DNA of 64,000 nt from Callorhinchus milii. Taxonomy: Eukaryota. The notes under the pieces are model-generated. The model saw nothing but the letters and a program-made list of their open reading frames with translations. It was not told the origin of the DNA and made no database searches. Each line of letters opens with the position of its first letter. Position 1 is the stretch's first letter. Positions 35,983 through 48,074 of the stretch are shown in pieces. The position numbers and the translations under genes were made by a program. The DNA lies in the NCBI RefSeq assembly GCF_018977255.1, contig NW_024704742.1:36706001-36770000 (forward strand). Direction: 5' to 3'.

Positions 35983-36836
35983 AGACGTCTCAAAGTGCTT
36001 CACAGGATATACTGTAAAATGAATTGATTGTATATTTTGTGGGCAAAACTCAGCAACCAATTGCACACAACAGTGTCTCACAAACAGTCGTGGATTGAGT
36101 GACCAAATTATTATTGTTATATTTTTTTAAATTATTACCTGTGGAAAAGCGATCTGCCAATCAACTATCAACAACAACAACTTGGATTTATATAGCGCCC
36201 TCCATGCCGGACGGCGTCTCAGAGCGCTTTACAATAATGGATCCCGGGGCCGAGCCAGGGGGAGGGGGGGAAGGTGACCAAAGGCACGGTTGAAAAGAAA
36301 GGTCTTCAGCAGAGACCTGAAAATAGGAAGGGAGGGAGCGAGGCGAAGGGAGTGAGGAAGGGAATTCCAGAGCCTTGGGGTATAGTGGCTGAAGGCACGG
36401 CCGCCGAGGGTGGAGCGGAGGACTTGGGGGACGAGGAGGAGGTCAGACCCGGAGGAGCGAAGGCAACGTGTACTGTTTTAAGGAGAGAGGAGGTCAGAGA
36501 GGTAGGGGGGTGCAGAGGAGTACAGGGGCTTGAATGCAAGGGTGAGGATCTTGAAGTCGATCCTCTCTGAGACAGGCAGCCAGTGCAGTCTGGCAAGGAC
36601 TGGGGTAATCGGGGAGCGGGTGAGAATGCGGGCGGCAGAGTTTTGAATGATTTAGATTTTATGAATGGTGGTGGATGGGAGACGGGCGAGGAGGGCGTTA
36701 GAGTAGTCCAGCCGAGAGGTGACAAAGGCATGGACCAGGGTCTATGCCTTTGTCAACCGGGTTCCTACTTACTACTTACTGCTAGGTAAACAGAGGTGTG
36801 TGGAGTAAAGAAATTTGACCAATATTTTGCCCTGCC
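35983..36836 (-). mobile_element. SINE, long subtype, split by an L2-B insertion
   Basis: SINE pieces at 35983-36172 and 36753-36836; TCAAC on both sides of the LINE. Confidence 0.85.
36173..36740 (-). mobile_element. L2-clade LINE, family B, 3' fragment
   Basis: Same family as 22161-22553; includes the HAFVTSRLDYSNALL region. Confidence 0.92.
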
Positions 36837-37874
36837 GGCGATTATGTCAGACGCAAGCAGTACAATATCGTTGAGGTGCCAATGCAATACTTTGTTCTAC
36901 AGTATTTGACAAACACAGAGAACATTTTATTTTATAAAATCGGTGGGCCTCTGATTTCTATGTGATTGTAAATATCCTTATTTAAATTCAAATGTTTGGA
37001 GTTTATAATTAGAACTGTTAATTAGAATAGATAGCATATGCTTCACTGTATTCCTCAGCACTGATCTGCAGTATAAATATTTCTAGATATGAAAGAAATT
37101 CAGTCTACATTGATACCAAATTCATTGCACGATCACTTACCAATAATCACGTGGCTCCAGTATTAGAGCTCAAGGTAACAGTGCAGCAGATGATAACCAG
37201 CAGAGTATTTTGGGAGCCCAGTGTTGTGGTCATAAATCATCTTTGTCGTGCTATTCTCTGCTGAGGCAGAGGTGGAACGGGGGTAGCTAATCACTGCACA
37301 GAGTGACTCCCTGCTAAATTCTCACCACGCTGAATAATGTTGGAAGGATTTGGTTGAATGCACGTTAGTTTTTCTTTCTAAATTAACTATGCTGTCATAT
37401 CTGATAGAATACACCACACTTTTGCGGCTCCCATGTTAAGGTTGACACCTGGGAATTGTTTGATAGAAACCAGGAGCCTGCTGGTCCCTGTGTTGCAAGG
37501 GCAGTCACATCTCCCTGACTTGTCATGGTGACAAAGCAGAAATGTGTGGATTCATTGAGTGTTGGGTGTGAATGATGGTGGGGAAGGAGAGGGGGCCTGA
37601 GAGTAGCATTGAAATACATTAGTATCCCACTTCAATTCTCAACCTGCATCATTTGGGAAGGAGGAATGTTTGCTAGAATTTGAAGCTGTGAATATCTGGT
37701 CTGAGATAAGGTACTCTCCTGCTTGGGTAGCTACTGTGCTGTTCTAACTATAGTTGTCATGCTTTTTGTATATTGATTATATGGTTATGGCTCTTTCTTT
37801 GAATGGGCACTCATCCTGCACTTTGAGATGTCCTCCTGATGTTAAAGGAGCTATATAAATGTAAATTGCTGTTA

Positions 37875-38232
37875 TAATAATAATCCTTGCATTTGATATA
37901 GCGCCTTACCATGTCTTCGAGATGTTTCAAAGCTCTTTACAGAATATACTGTAAAGTGAATTGACTGCATATGTTGTGGGTAAAATGCAGGAGCCAATTG
38001 CACACAGGAGTATCCCACAAACAGTCGTGGATTGAGTGACTAAATGATTATTAATTTTTATTTATTTATTTTGAAGGGATTGTTATCCCGGTAAAGTGAT
38101 CCACTGATCGACTAACAACCTGATTTATAACTTGTTGCAAGGTAAAGAGAGGCATATGGAGTAAGGAAACTTGCCCAACATTTCTCCCTGCCCGGGAATC
38201 AAACCAATGTCCTCTCGCTTATGAGGCGAGTG
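37875..38232 (-). mobile_element. SINE, long subtype
   Basis: Tail, body, long segment and most of the head; lies tail-to-tail with a + strand L2 tail at ~37820-37874. Confidence 0.88.
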
Positions 38233-38777
38233 CAACAACAAAGTTGTTGTTGTTGTTTGAGACTTCAAGACTTGAGTTGGATAGGGTTCAATGGAATATA
38301 CAGTGCAACAGTTCACTTATTCAAATCTTCCACACCTTAAACTTCCTTGTGACTTTGTACATAGTTATTCATTCAGAGTTCTGATCTCACGTCTGGAGGT
38401 CGACACCTTCCAATGACATTTCATGAACAACATTGGTAACTTGTATATGGTGTAAAGTAACCAACATGAAGAGGTGTTTTTAAGGTGTCCTCAAGGTGTT
38501 TTTACTTTTCTACAGAAATACATACATTTACTTCCAGGGAATCTCAAGCAATGCTCAAGGGTGGCTATTATCATTCATTAATTAAATAAATCTTCTAAAT
38601 GTCTTGCTTCTTTGGATTTTTACGCTTGGACCATCATGAATTTCAAGGGAAATGGCTTAGCAATCACTCAGCAACTTAATGATCTTAACTCTACTCTTGA
38701 TTATAGTGGACAAACAAGACTGTCATCATAGTTCCTGATACTCCCTACCCTCTTCTGTTTCTTGGTCTACCAGGTGT

Positions 38778-38962
38778 GTGACACATGTGGGAACCCATTA
38801 CCATGCTTAAAATTATCCAAACCAGAGCAAGGGTTCCACGTATGCCACCAACACGTGGAAACTCCCATATCTGGATTGGACTGTGCACGCACTCCCTGGA
38901 GGGTTGCACAGCTGCAGCTAATTCTTGGTAGTAGTATGTGCAAGTAAGCAAGAGCCAAGGCT
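38778..38962 (+). repeat. Unclassified old interspersed repeat, copy 3, with upstream hairpin
   Basis: 38871-38962 aligns with 3843-3935; 38778-38796 pairs with 38831-38848. Confidence 0.65.
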
Positions 38963-39719
38963 GTCGCATTTTGCCCCCAAATATACAACCAATTCACTTT
39001 ACAGTATATTCTGTGAAGCGCTTTGAGAAGTCTCAATGACATGATAAGTCGTTATATCAAATGCAAGCATTATTATTTTATTATAACCTCCCATCCCATG
39101 TGCTTAGGAGCCCAGCCAGGTGTGTAAAATGTTTTGAGACATCCTCCAAAAAATTGAAAGGCGCTATAAAATTTATAGAAAAACAGTTCATTTCTGTGAT
39201 TAGCACTTCAGAATTCAGAACTGAAATCCCAGAATAACCTTTGTCACTTTTCTCTTGCCCTTTTTTCAAAGATTCAGTACCCTTTAGAAAGTAATCTCAA
39301 GCACCTATCCATATAAAAAATGGATGGCGTCACCTATTATTTCTCATGATAAAGCAGTGACATATTCGATATTTAGAACTGCCGTGAATTCAGCTCAAAT
39401 GAGATAGATCCTAATAACCATCAAAAAGCACTGTACACCAGTGACACACATGTCAAGGACGCGGTTTTCACTTAATTGTTATCTTTAAACTGCTTTTTCA
39501 GGAATGTAAAGGAATATCAGAAACAAAGAGGAACTGTTTAATATAGCCTATTAGCATCACATTCATCTTATTAAAAAGATGGCTCCCCCAACCATTATTT
39601 TTCCGTGATACCTGTATGATAAATGTGGCTTTAAGTCGAGCGTGAAAGATCAGCAACACAAAGTACCTAGCTTTCTATGAGGTACTTTATCTTCTTCGCT
39701 AACACAGCTTTTAAGTTAG

Positions 39720-39919
39720 GATTCATGTACGCTGCAGTGCATTGAAAGCCTTGATTGTCCTTTGCCAAGCCAGATCTCTGAAGAAGATATTACGTGGTTC
39801 AGGAAAGCTGCTTGAATTCCAAATGTCCTTTTCACAAACAGAGCGCTGGGAAAAATGCCACACAGTGAATTTTAAAAGGTTGAGGATACAAGATTTTCTG
39901 CAGAGGTCACTTTCTGTGC
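39720..39919 (+). CDS. Candidate internal exon of an unidentified gene
   Basis: CTAAC branch-like motif at 39699-39703, TAG acceptor, open frame IHVRCSALKAL...QRSLSV, donor C|GTAAGT. No homology recognised. Confidence 0.25.
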
Positions 39920-40424
39920 GTAAGTCTGTTAATGCATATTTATGATGAGTAACTGACACCATAGAAAAATATTCAGCAATATTCAGTCTAACTCTTTTTT
40001 CAAACAAGTGACATTGATTGTTAATTCTTTGAGGATCAAAGGTACTTTTTAATTGAAGACTTTTATTTCTTCCGCTTTTTTTTAAACCATACCGTGGTAC
40101 ATTCTCCAATAGCTGACAAAGCAGTGTGTACACCCCATGAATTTTCCCATGACTTAAATCACTGATGCTCTGTGACTGACTGGTGGAAAGATTGATCTGA
40201 GTGGGAGATACCAATGTGTACATCCAATTTTCTTATGTAAAAAACACATTCCTCTGAATGGAAAACACCACTTCTAAGTGAGTAATGCTCAGTTTAGTGG
40301 CCTCACTGTGATGTCGTGTCACTCAACTGACTGAAATAAGCAGCTCCCAGTGATGGACAATGTCCAAAGTCATGTATAATTGAGCTAGTTTGGGATCCAA
40401 TCTCATTTGTCTGTGTTCAATCAG

Positions 40425-40687
40425 ATGAGATAGTTTCAGATGCAACCTGTTCGGATGCAGCTGCTGTGACAGATAGCACTGGAACACTCCATAAAACTGA
40501 TAACACCTTCAAGACACTGAAATGCCAACTGATAGGAAACAATGAGTTCAGTATTTCATCTGAATCCAAAGTATTGCCTCTGACTTCACCGGTGTGCTCA
40601 AGTTTAACAGACATCATGAACTTGGATGTCAATCGCCCAAGCTCTCTGAGCTATCAGGATACTGCAGAGTTTGCTTTACTAAAATAG
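40425..40687 (+). CDS. Candidate terminal coding exon of an unidentified gene
   Basis: Pyrimidine-rich CAG acceptor, 87-codon open frame EIVSDATCSDAAAVTDSTG...TAEFALLK*, phase-compatible with 39720-39919. Confidence 0.3.
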
Positions 40688-43632
40688 TGTAAAGGAATGA
40701 TGCTGCCTTCAGTACAGCAATCTGCACATCGATGTTAAGAAGATGTTTGTATTGGTAAACACGTGTTAAAAAATGAAAACCTCAGGCCTGTATTTTCAGA
40801 GTATTCTCCTCAAGTAGAACCTTAAAACTATAGAAATATACTGCACAGAAGTGTCCATGCCAGCTCCTTTAAGCTCCTTCAAGAGCTGCTTTAAGAAGTA
40901 GCTGAATAGCATTAGGATTTCACCGGATGATAACTGCACTGTCCAATAATAATCTATTAAGTAATGTGAGATACCAAAATATGAAATATTGTGCATCAGT
41001 TCATTTTTCGCTGATTTGTCCTTTGTGAGGATCTTAATATACTCATTACTCTCTTAATATAGTATCCTCATTTTTTATTGATCATGACCTCTGTAAAAAC
41101 TATAAGACAATACTGTACTTAAAGCTCATGGACTATGCACAGGATAGTGGGTGACCTTCAAATGTCAGTGAGTGAGATACTGATGGCAGAGGATTTGAAA
41201 CATTGCTTACACAAGAAGGACCTTCCCACAAACTGCCACCACGTTGCTCGCATGAGTAGCTTGTGTTGAGATGCATTTGAACCATGTATGGTATTAGCCC
41301 AGGTGACTTACTATAGAGAACAAGAAGCAGCAATGGTGTAACGTACATTTATTAGTCACCCTGCCTGCCCTTCCGAGTAAAGCAAGTGAGTGAATGATTT
41401 TGAGGATAAAGCATGACAATGAGACATCATTAAATAAAAAACAGACTTGTCTTCAATTGGAAAGATGAGTTCTGCAGTTCACCCAGGCCAAAGGAAAGAA
41501 TAAGATGAGCTCTTAGGGAGGTGCACAATCTTTCCATATTCTATCAATTATAATGGGAAGTCATATTATGTTGACCAGATAGATGGAGAATAATGCCTAA
41601 TATGCCACCAAATGATTTACCAACGGGGAGGATGTCCCTATTGTGCTGAAGTACCTAATGGTTGTGTTTGATTTATTGTAGGTAATTATTTTGGGGTAAC
41701 ACTGTATAATTCTGTACAAGGATACGTAATTCAGAGAATATTAATTCTTATTTAAAACTGAGAAATCAGTATTGTTTAGAAAGTTCTGAAATTTCCCTTT
41801 CCCACAGCATTCTAATTTTTTACCTCTTTGAAAACCAGGATTGAATTTTTGTGCTGTGATGAGAAATAACCAGTTCTTGACTTTTCTCACTTTTTTTTTA
41901 TACCAAAGCTGCAGTATTCCTTTTTCCAATAATCTACTTTTAGTTTTAATATTATTTTATCAATTCAAACTCCATCACCTTTGAGTTTATGTATTCAGAT
42001 GATTCAGAAGGGACCTTTGAAAAAAAACATAGATTTTCACCCGATAACTTAGAAAGATAACACCAAAAGTTCAAATGGACAATTATTAAATTCTGTCACA
42101 CTAGTGACAGTTTCCAATTGGGACTTAAACAACCTATAAAAGAGGTTTCAGAGATGTAGAGGGAATAAACAGAGAATTGTTTTTAGGTACAATATTCATA
42201 TAAGTGGACATGACGAGTGATGGATTTATACCTTCTATGATACTGGGTTCAAGAGTTGGATGAATGTCAGATTAGTTGCAATCCTGTACTGCTTATGTCA
42301 CTGTTGGCTTCAGACTGTTTTGCTGAATAGAACAAAAAGTTATGTTTTGAGATAGTGGTTCACCTGTTAGATTATGAAAGACAGTGGAATACATATAAGT
42401 CACAGAGATAGACTCACAGGTGTGGGAAAGTGTTGAATGCTCAGTGGCTAATTTGCAAATGACTCAAAGCAGCAATAGCAAAGCTCTGGAAGCAGGATTC
42501 AGCACCAATCTCTCAGCTGGAAGGATGCATTGCCTGGAACAAAGCTGGAAGTAAACTACAGTACTATTAAATTAAGAATAGATAGTGGAGATTCAATGGT
42601 AAGCTGTCAGGCATGGAATTTGTTTCATACAGAATGACAGACTTCTGGTGAAATGATGTAGATCCCACTTATGAGTACAATAAATCTTGAATTCAATAAG
42701 TTACAAACCAGGTTTATTTCCACACCATAAATGTGATGTAAAATTTGATATTGGATGTTTCCCGCAATAGCCTAGTGTAAATTACAGTGGGCTTTACGGC
42801 AGGCATGTCGATTTGTCACTGCCCCCCACACAAGGACCTGAATTAAGCAGCTGGTGCTGAGTAAACCTGGTACATGGCATTGGACTTGACCTGAAGAAAA
42901 TCAAGGTAGCTGGTACATCACAAGCTGTCTTTAAAAGCTGATTGTGTTCCCTGCTGGAAAGTGACATTTCTCTCTCCCCAGAAGATTTGCCCTCCTTGAG
43001 TATGTCATTGGCAAGGATTAGCATTAGGCAGGTGTACTCCTACTAACCTTATGCCTAATGATTTGTCAGAGAGTTGATTCAGTTGTCAGTGTATTGATGT
43101 TTTAACACTCTGCATAATATAAGGACATAAATAAAGGTAATCAGCTGTGGCATTGGCCCTGTTGCTGCTGCTGGCAACAGGGACCCATTCCCTGCTTTAG
43201 TTTACCTGATTTTAAAATATATTTACTTCTATCATGCCAGTTTATCACATCGATAAAGTGAGATTTAGGATGCAGCTGAGCTCAGTTATTAAACTGTACA
43301 TTTTTTGGAGTATGTACTGGGACTGAGTGAAGAAGGAAATTGCTTCTAGCTCCTTTACCTGAATAAATTATGCACATGACAGAGAACTGAGATGGAACTG
43401 GTTGACAGGGTCGTACCCTCATATGCATGCTGTAAACCTAAATCCTGAAGCACAACATCAAATGCTAGGATTATTATTAATAATATTAATAATATTGTTG
43501 ACCATGACTTTGACATCACCCTCTGTCTTTTCCTCTCTATTCGCTGATTATCTTGTTACTGTAAAGCACATTGAGACATTTGTTCTAAAAATTCACTGTA
43601 TAAGTGCAAGTTGTTGCTGTTGTTGGGCCAGC

Positions 43633-43696
43633 TTCATTCATTCATTCATTCATTCATTCATTCATTCATTCATTCATTCATTCATTCATTCATTCA
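43633..43696 (+). repeat. (TTCA)16 microsatellite
   Basis: Perfect tetranucleotide array just after a degenerate L2 tail. Confidence 0.98.
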
Positions 43697-43924
43697 TATG
43701 CCAAAACAGATTTCATATCTATACCAATATATTTATGTATATATGTAACCTTCAAGACCATTCAAGCTAAATATGAATCCACCTTTTTTAAAAATGCGTC
43801 AGTCAAGAAAACATTAATTCCTTCGGTGAGGTTTTATCCTTGCGAAAATATGTCTCCTAATCTTGATTGAGGCTTGTTAATTTTACTCATATCAGTTTCT
43901 TTTGTGATCACAATCCAACTTAAT

Positions 43925-44110
43925 TAACCTGCATGCACTAGAGCATTACCCATGCCTTTTAATGCTTTAAAGACCTGGCTCCAACTCAGTATTCCTTCTT
44001 TCAACAAACAAAAGTTCGGTAATGTGAATTCCTCTTTATTACATAGAGTTTTAATTCCCAGAATCATCCTTTTCTCGCTTCTCTGAATACTCTCCAACAC
44101 ATCAATGTGA
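43925..44110 (-). mobile_element. Degenerate CR1 ORF2 fragment
   Basis: IDVLESIQRSEKRMILGIKTL...VFKALKGM resembles CR1 DI..LE.VQRR.TRMIPG... Confidence 0.7.
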
Positions 44111-44374
44111 AGTGGTGAAAGTGTCTGAATTTTATCTTTATTGTTTTCCATCTTTGCTAACAGACACCTATTCATTATGTACCTGTTTCTTGTAAAACAT
44201 GTTTATTTTAGCCTTTAGATTATGGAAGGAGGGCTGTGGGCCTGGAAGTGATATTTGTGGAAGATGATGTTTTTGCTGGAGAAGTGATTGTTCTGGTGAT
44301 GGTGGAAGTGAGAGAAGGAGAATAGAAAGAAGGAAAGGTGGAGGAGCCACAAAGGTCTTCTAAGGGACTGATGA

Positions 44375-45260
44375 AGATCACGTTGGGCTGTGTACAGTTT
44401 TGGTCTCCTTATTTAAGGAAGGATAATAATAATAATAATAATCCTTGCATTTGATATAGCGCTTTTCACGTCGGGAGGACGTCCCAAAGCGCTTCACAGA
44501 ACACACTGTAAAGTGAATTGACTGTATATTTGTGGGCGAACGCGGCAGCCAATTGCGCACAGCAATGTCCCACAAACAGTCGTAGATTGAAAATGACCAA
44601 TTTATTATTGTTTTTGGTTTTGGAGGGATTATTATTAGGCGTGTGGAGTAAGGAAACTTGCCCAAGGTTTCGCCCTGCCTGGAATTGAACTCAGGTCTCT
44701 CGCTTGCAAAGCGAGTGCTCTAACCACTGAGCTACAGGACTCCACAATGTACTTGCCTTGGAGGGGGTGCAGCGTAGATTTACTAGGTTAGTACCAGGGA
44801 TGAAGGGGATGAGTTTCGAGGATAGGCTAACCAATTTGGGCCTATATTCTCTAGAATATAGAAGAATTAGAGGGAATCTTATAGAAACATATAAGATTAT
44901 CAAAGGGCATGATAGAGGAGATAGTGGGAGATTGTTTTCCCGGGTTGGAGAAACTAAACCAGGGGTCACAATCTTAAAATCAGAGGCCAGCCCTTTCGCA
45001 CTGAGTTGAGGAAGAACTTCTTCACTCAAAGCGTAGTGAATGTATGGAACTCACTACCCCAAAGGGCTGTTGATGCTCAGTCCTTGAACATATTCAAGAC
45101 TGAGATAGATAGATTTCTTATTGCAAAAGGGATTAAGGGATATGGTGATAAGGCCTGGTTAGATTATTAGCTGGAGTTAGATTAGAAGATCAGCCATGAT
45201 TGAATAGCGGGGCAGGCTCGAAGGGCCAAATGGCCTATTCTTGCTCCTACATGTTGTGTT
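44375..45260 (+). mobile_element. CR1 LINE 3' fragment interrupted by a SINE
   Basis: CVQFWSPYLRKD | VLALEGVQRRFTRLVPGMKGMSFEDRLTNLGLYSLEYRRIRGNLIETYKIIKG; 3' end AAGGGCCAAATGGCCTATTCTTGCTCCTA. Confidence 0.93.
44423..44743 (-). mobile_element. Young SINE, short subtype, with L2-A-type loop
   Basis: Complete head and tail; tail hairpin reads GGGACGTCCTCCCGACGTG. Confidence 0.95.
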
Positions 45261-47204
45261 AACAATTGTTCTACATAGAAATAGAGAAAAGTTGTAGCAT
45301 TCAATGAGAACATTTGCTCCCTAAGGTCTGTGGCTGTGCTAGCTCCCCCACTAGAGAGTTATTTGCTCTAATGCCATTACCTTGATCTTACCCTTGAAAA
45401 ATTATTTTTCCTCAAGTAAATGTCCAAAATCTTTTCAAATGTCATTATGGACTCAACTTCAACATTATAATAAATTATTCCATATTCAAGCTTCTATGTA
45501 AATAAGTCTTATATATATATATTTGCAAACTCTAAAACGCTGAGAAAATAGGCTTAGCCTGGACCTAGTTGGATTTCTCCCTTCTGCGCTGTAAATATCT
45601 TGTCTTTGCATGGTGCTCTCCACATAGGAATTGAGTGTATGGAATATATTGATTCGGAATACATAATTTTTCTGACTTTACTCTGTAAAGAGACTTAAAA
45701 TTGGCTAAACGTAGGAATAAATATTGAGTATGATTGTGTGTGGGGGAGGGAGAGACAGATTGAATTTGAATGTGTACCTAGGGCGAATATCTCATGTGTG
45801 TTTAATTGAGCCTGGGTCAATGATTTCCAAATTTGGAACAAAGCTAGTTCAGGAGGGTGTAGAATGGTGTTACAGCATGATTTGGTACATTTAGAATGTT
45901 CCAAATCGTCCTTTTAATCAATGTGGTATTATTTCCTGCAGACTATTTTTCAGATGTTTTAATCCCTATATAGGCTAAATGCATTTAAGTGCACAGGCAT
46001 ATTAGAAGGCGATAAGCCTTCTATGGAAAATGTCAAAATAATCACATTATAATTTCCCCCACACTAAACAGAAGGCATAGGCATATATGCCAACTGGATT
46101 TGATTAGTGGATTAGAGCTATAGTATTGATCATTCTTGCTGCACTGCAGGTTGCCTGAGTGTGGAGACTCTGCCTCACACTGGGGTTAAATTGCCTTTGG
46201 TGAGTAACTGAACATTTTGTTATTATAGATTAATTAGTAATGATCAGGTCAACTGTAATCACACTGTGGAACTTGATCTGGCGGCTGTCTGGGGACATTC
46301 TCTCTATTCTATTTTCTAGAGCAAAAAGTTTGGATATGGGATTTCTCTTGAAGTGCACATGTGGATTAACCAGTGGATATCTCTGAGATGTTTCATTATA
46401 CAGTATATTACAAATGTTAGCCAAACTGTTGAGTACTGTATGCCGTGAATATGGAAGTATAGGTAATAAATAATACTGCAATAATAATCATTCCATTTGA
46501 AGCAGCGCCTTTCACATTGGGAGGATGTCACAAAGCGCTTTGCAATATATACTGCAATGTGTAATTAGCTATGTATTTTGCAGGTGAAAATGATTTTCAC
46601 ATATGTAGGAAGAATTTTATATGAGTGCAAAGTAATGTATTCAGAAGACCGTACAACTCATCTTTCTTACAACTGTTTACCTGACTCTTCGTCCCAAAAG
46701 ATTCATGTAATAATAACAATCCTTGCATTAATAATCCTTCGTTTCATGTCGGGAGAATGTCTCAACGAGCTTCACAGCATCATCTGGAAAGTGTGGTGAC
46801 TGTATTTTACAGGCAAATCTACTTTTAATACTTTGAATGAGATTTGACTGGAAAAAATAAATACTGGTCAGGATTAAAATGCCAAGGGACAATGGGAGAA
46901 GAAAACCTGTTTTGCTTTCAACCTTTATAAAATATATTGTTTATAAAAATCACTACAATTTGAGCTTGAGCTTTGTGGAGAAATACAATCCAAAGTATTG
47001 ACCTATTTAGCAAGTGTGTGTTTTGAAGTAGAGAGTAAGGGTTTCATTGATTAGTATATAAATTAACCATTTATCATCTGCATTTGATCATTAAAAAATC
47101 CTAATGGCTAATTAATCCAATAGAGCGAGGCAATGCACCTTGACAGATGACATAGCACTGTATTTTGCATTGTGATGCAAGTTTGCTATGTGTTTTACAA
47201 ATCA

Positions 47205-47563
47205 AAAGGATATCCGAAGGCGCTCGACAGTCAATGATTTGCACCCGAGCTGGGTGTTGGAATCAAGAGGGGCAGAGGGCAAGGGGGTGGGAGTGGGAGG
47301 ATGATCGAAGGCACAGTCAAAGAGGAAGATCATGAGACAGACCTTGAAGGAAGAAAGGGAGTGGGTGAGGCAAAGGGACTCTGGGATGGAATTCCAGAGG
47401 GTGGGGGAAGCAAGGCTGAAGGGGAACATGGAGCAGGCCATTGGCTAGTGGAAGGAGTGGGCAGGTTGGTATGGTTTTAGCAGATCGCTTAGGTAAGGAT
47501 GGGGCAAGACTTTGGAGGGCTTTAAAAGTGAGGACAAGGATCTTAAACTCGATCCTCTGGGGG
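47205..47563 (-). mobile_element. Degenerate L2 3' fragment
   Basis: IPQRIEFKILVLTFKALQSLAPS; PTLWNSIPESLCL. Confidence 0.85.
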
Positions 47564-47778
47564 ATAGTAGTTGTGTGAAGAATTGCATGAACAATTATTA
47601 AAAATGAGACATCAGACATATCAGCTGCTTGTCATAAAAATCCTTAAACCCATGACATTAAAATAGTAATCTTTTATATCCCTGGTTCAAAGCATGTTTC
47701 CTCAATATTATTAATGCAGCTTCCAGCACCATTGTGTTCCTTTGCCACTAGCTATGAGCACTAAGAGCGAACAAAATA

Positions 47779-48074
47779 TTGGGCAAGTTTTTTTTAACTC
47801 TACACGTCTCTGTTTACCTCGCAGTAAGTAGGAACCCAGTTGTTAGTCGAATGGCGGATCACATTTCCAGAGATAATAATCCCTCAAAAAAAAACAATAA
47901 TAATTTGGTCACTCAATCCACGACTGTTTGTGGGACACTGTTGTGCACAATTGGCTGCTGCGTTTCGCCCACAATATATACAATCAATTCACTTTACAGT
48001 ATATTCTGTGAAGCGCTTTGCGACGTCTCGAAGATGTGAAAAACGCTATATCAAATACAAGGATTATTATTATT
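47779..48074 (+). mobile_element. SINE, long subtype, 5'-truncated
   Basis: Starts at TTGGGCAAGTTT; long segment, body and tail present. Confidence 0.9.
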
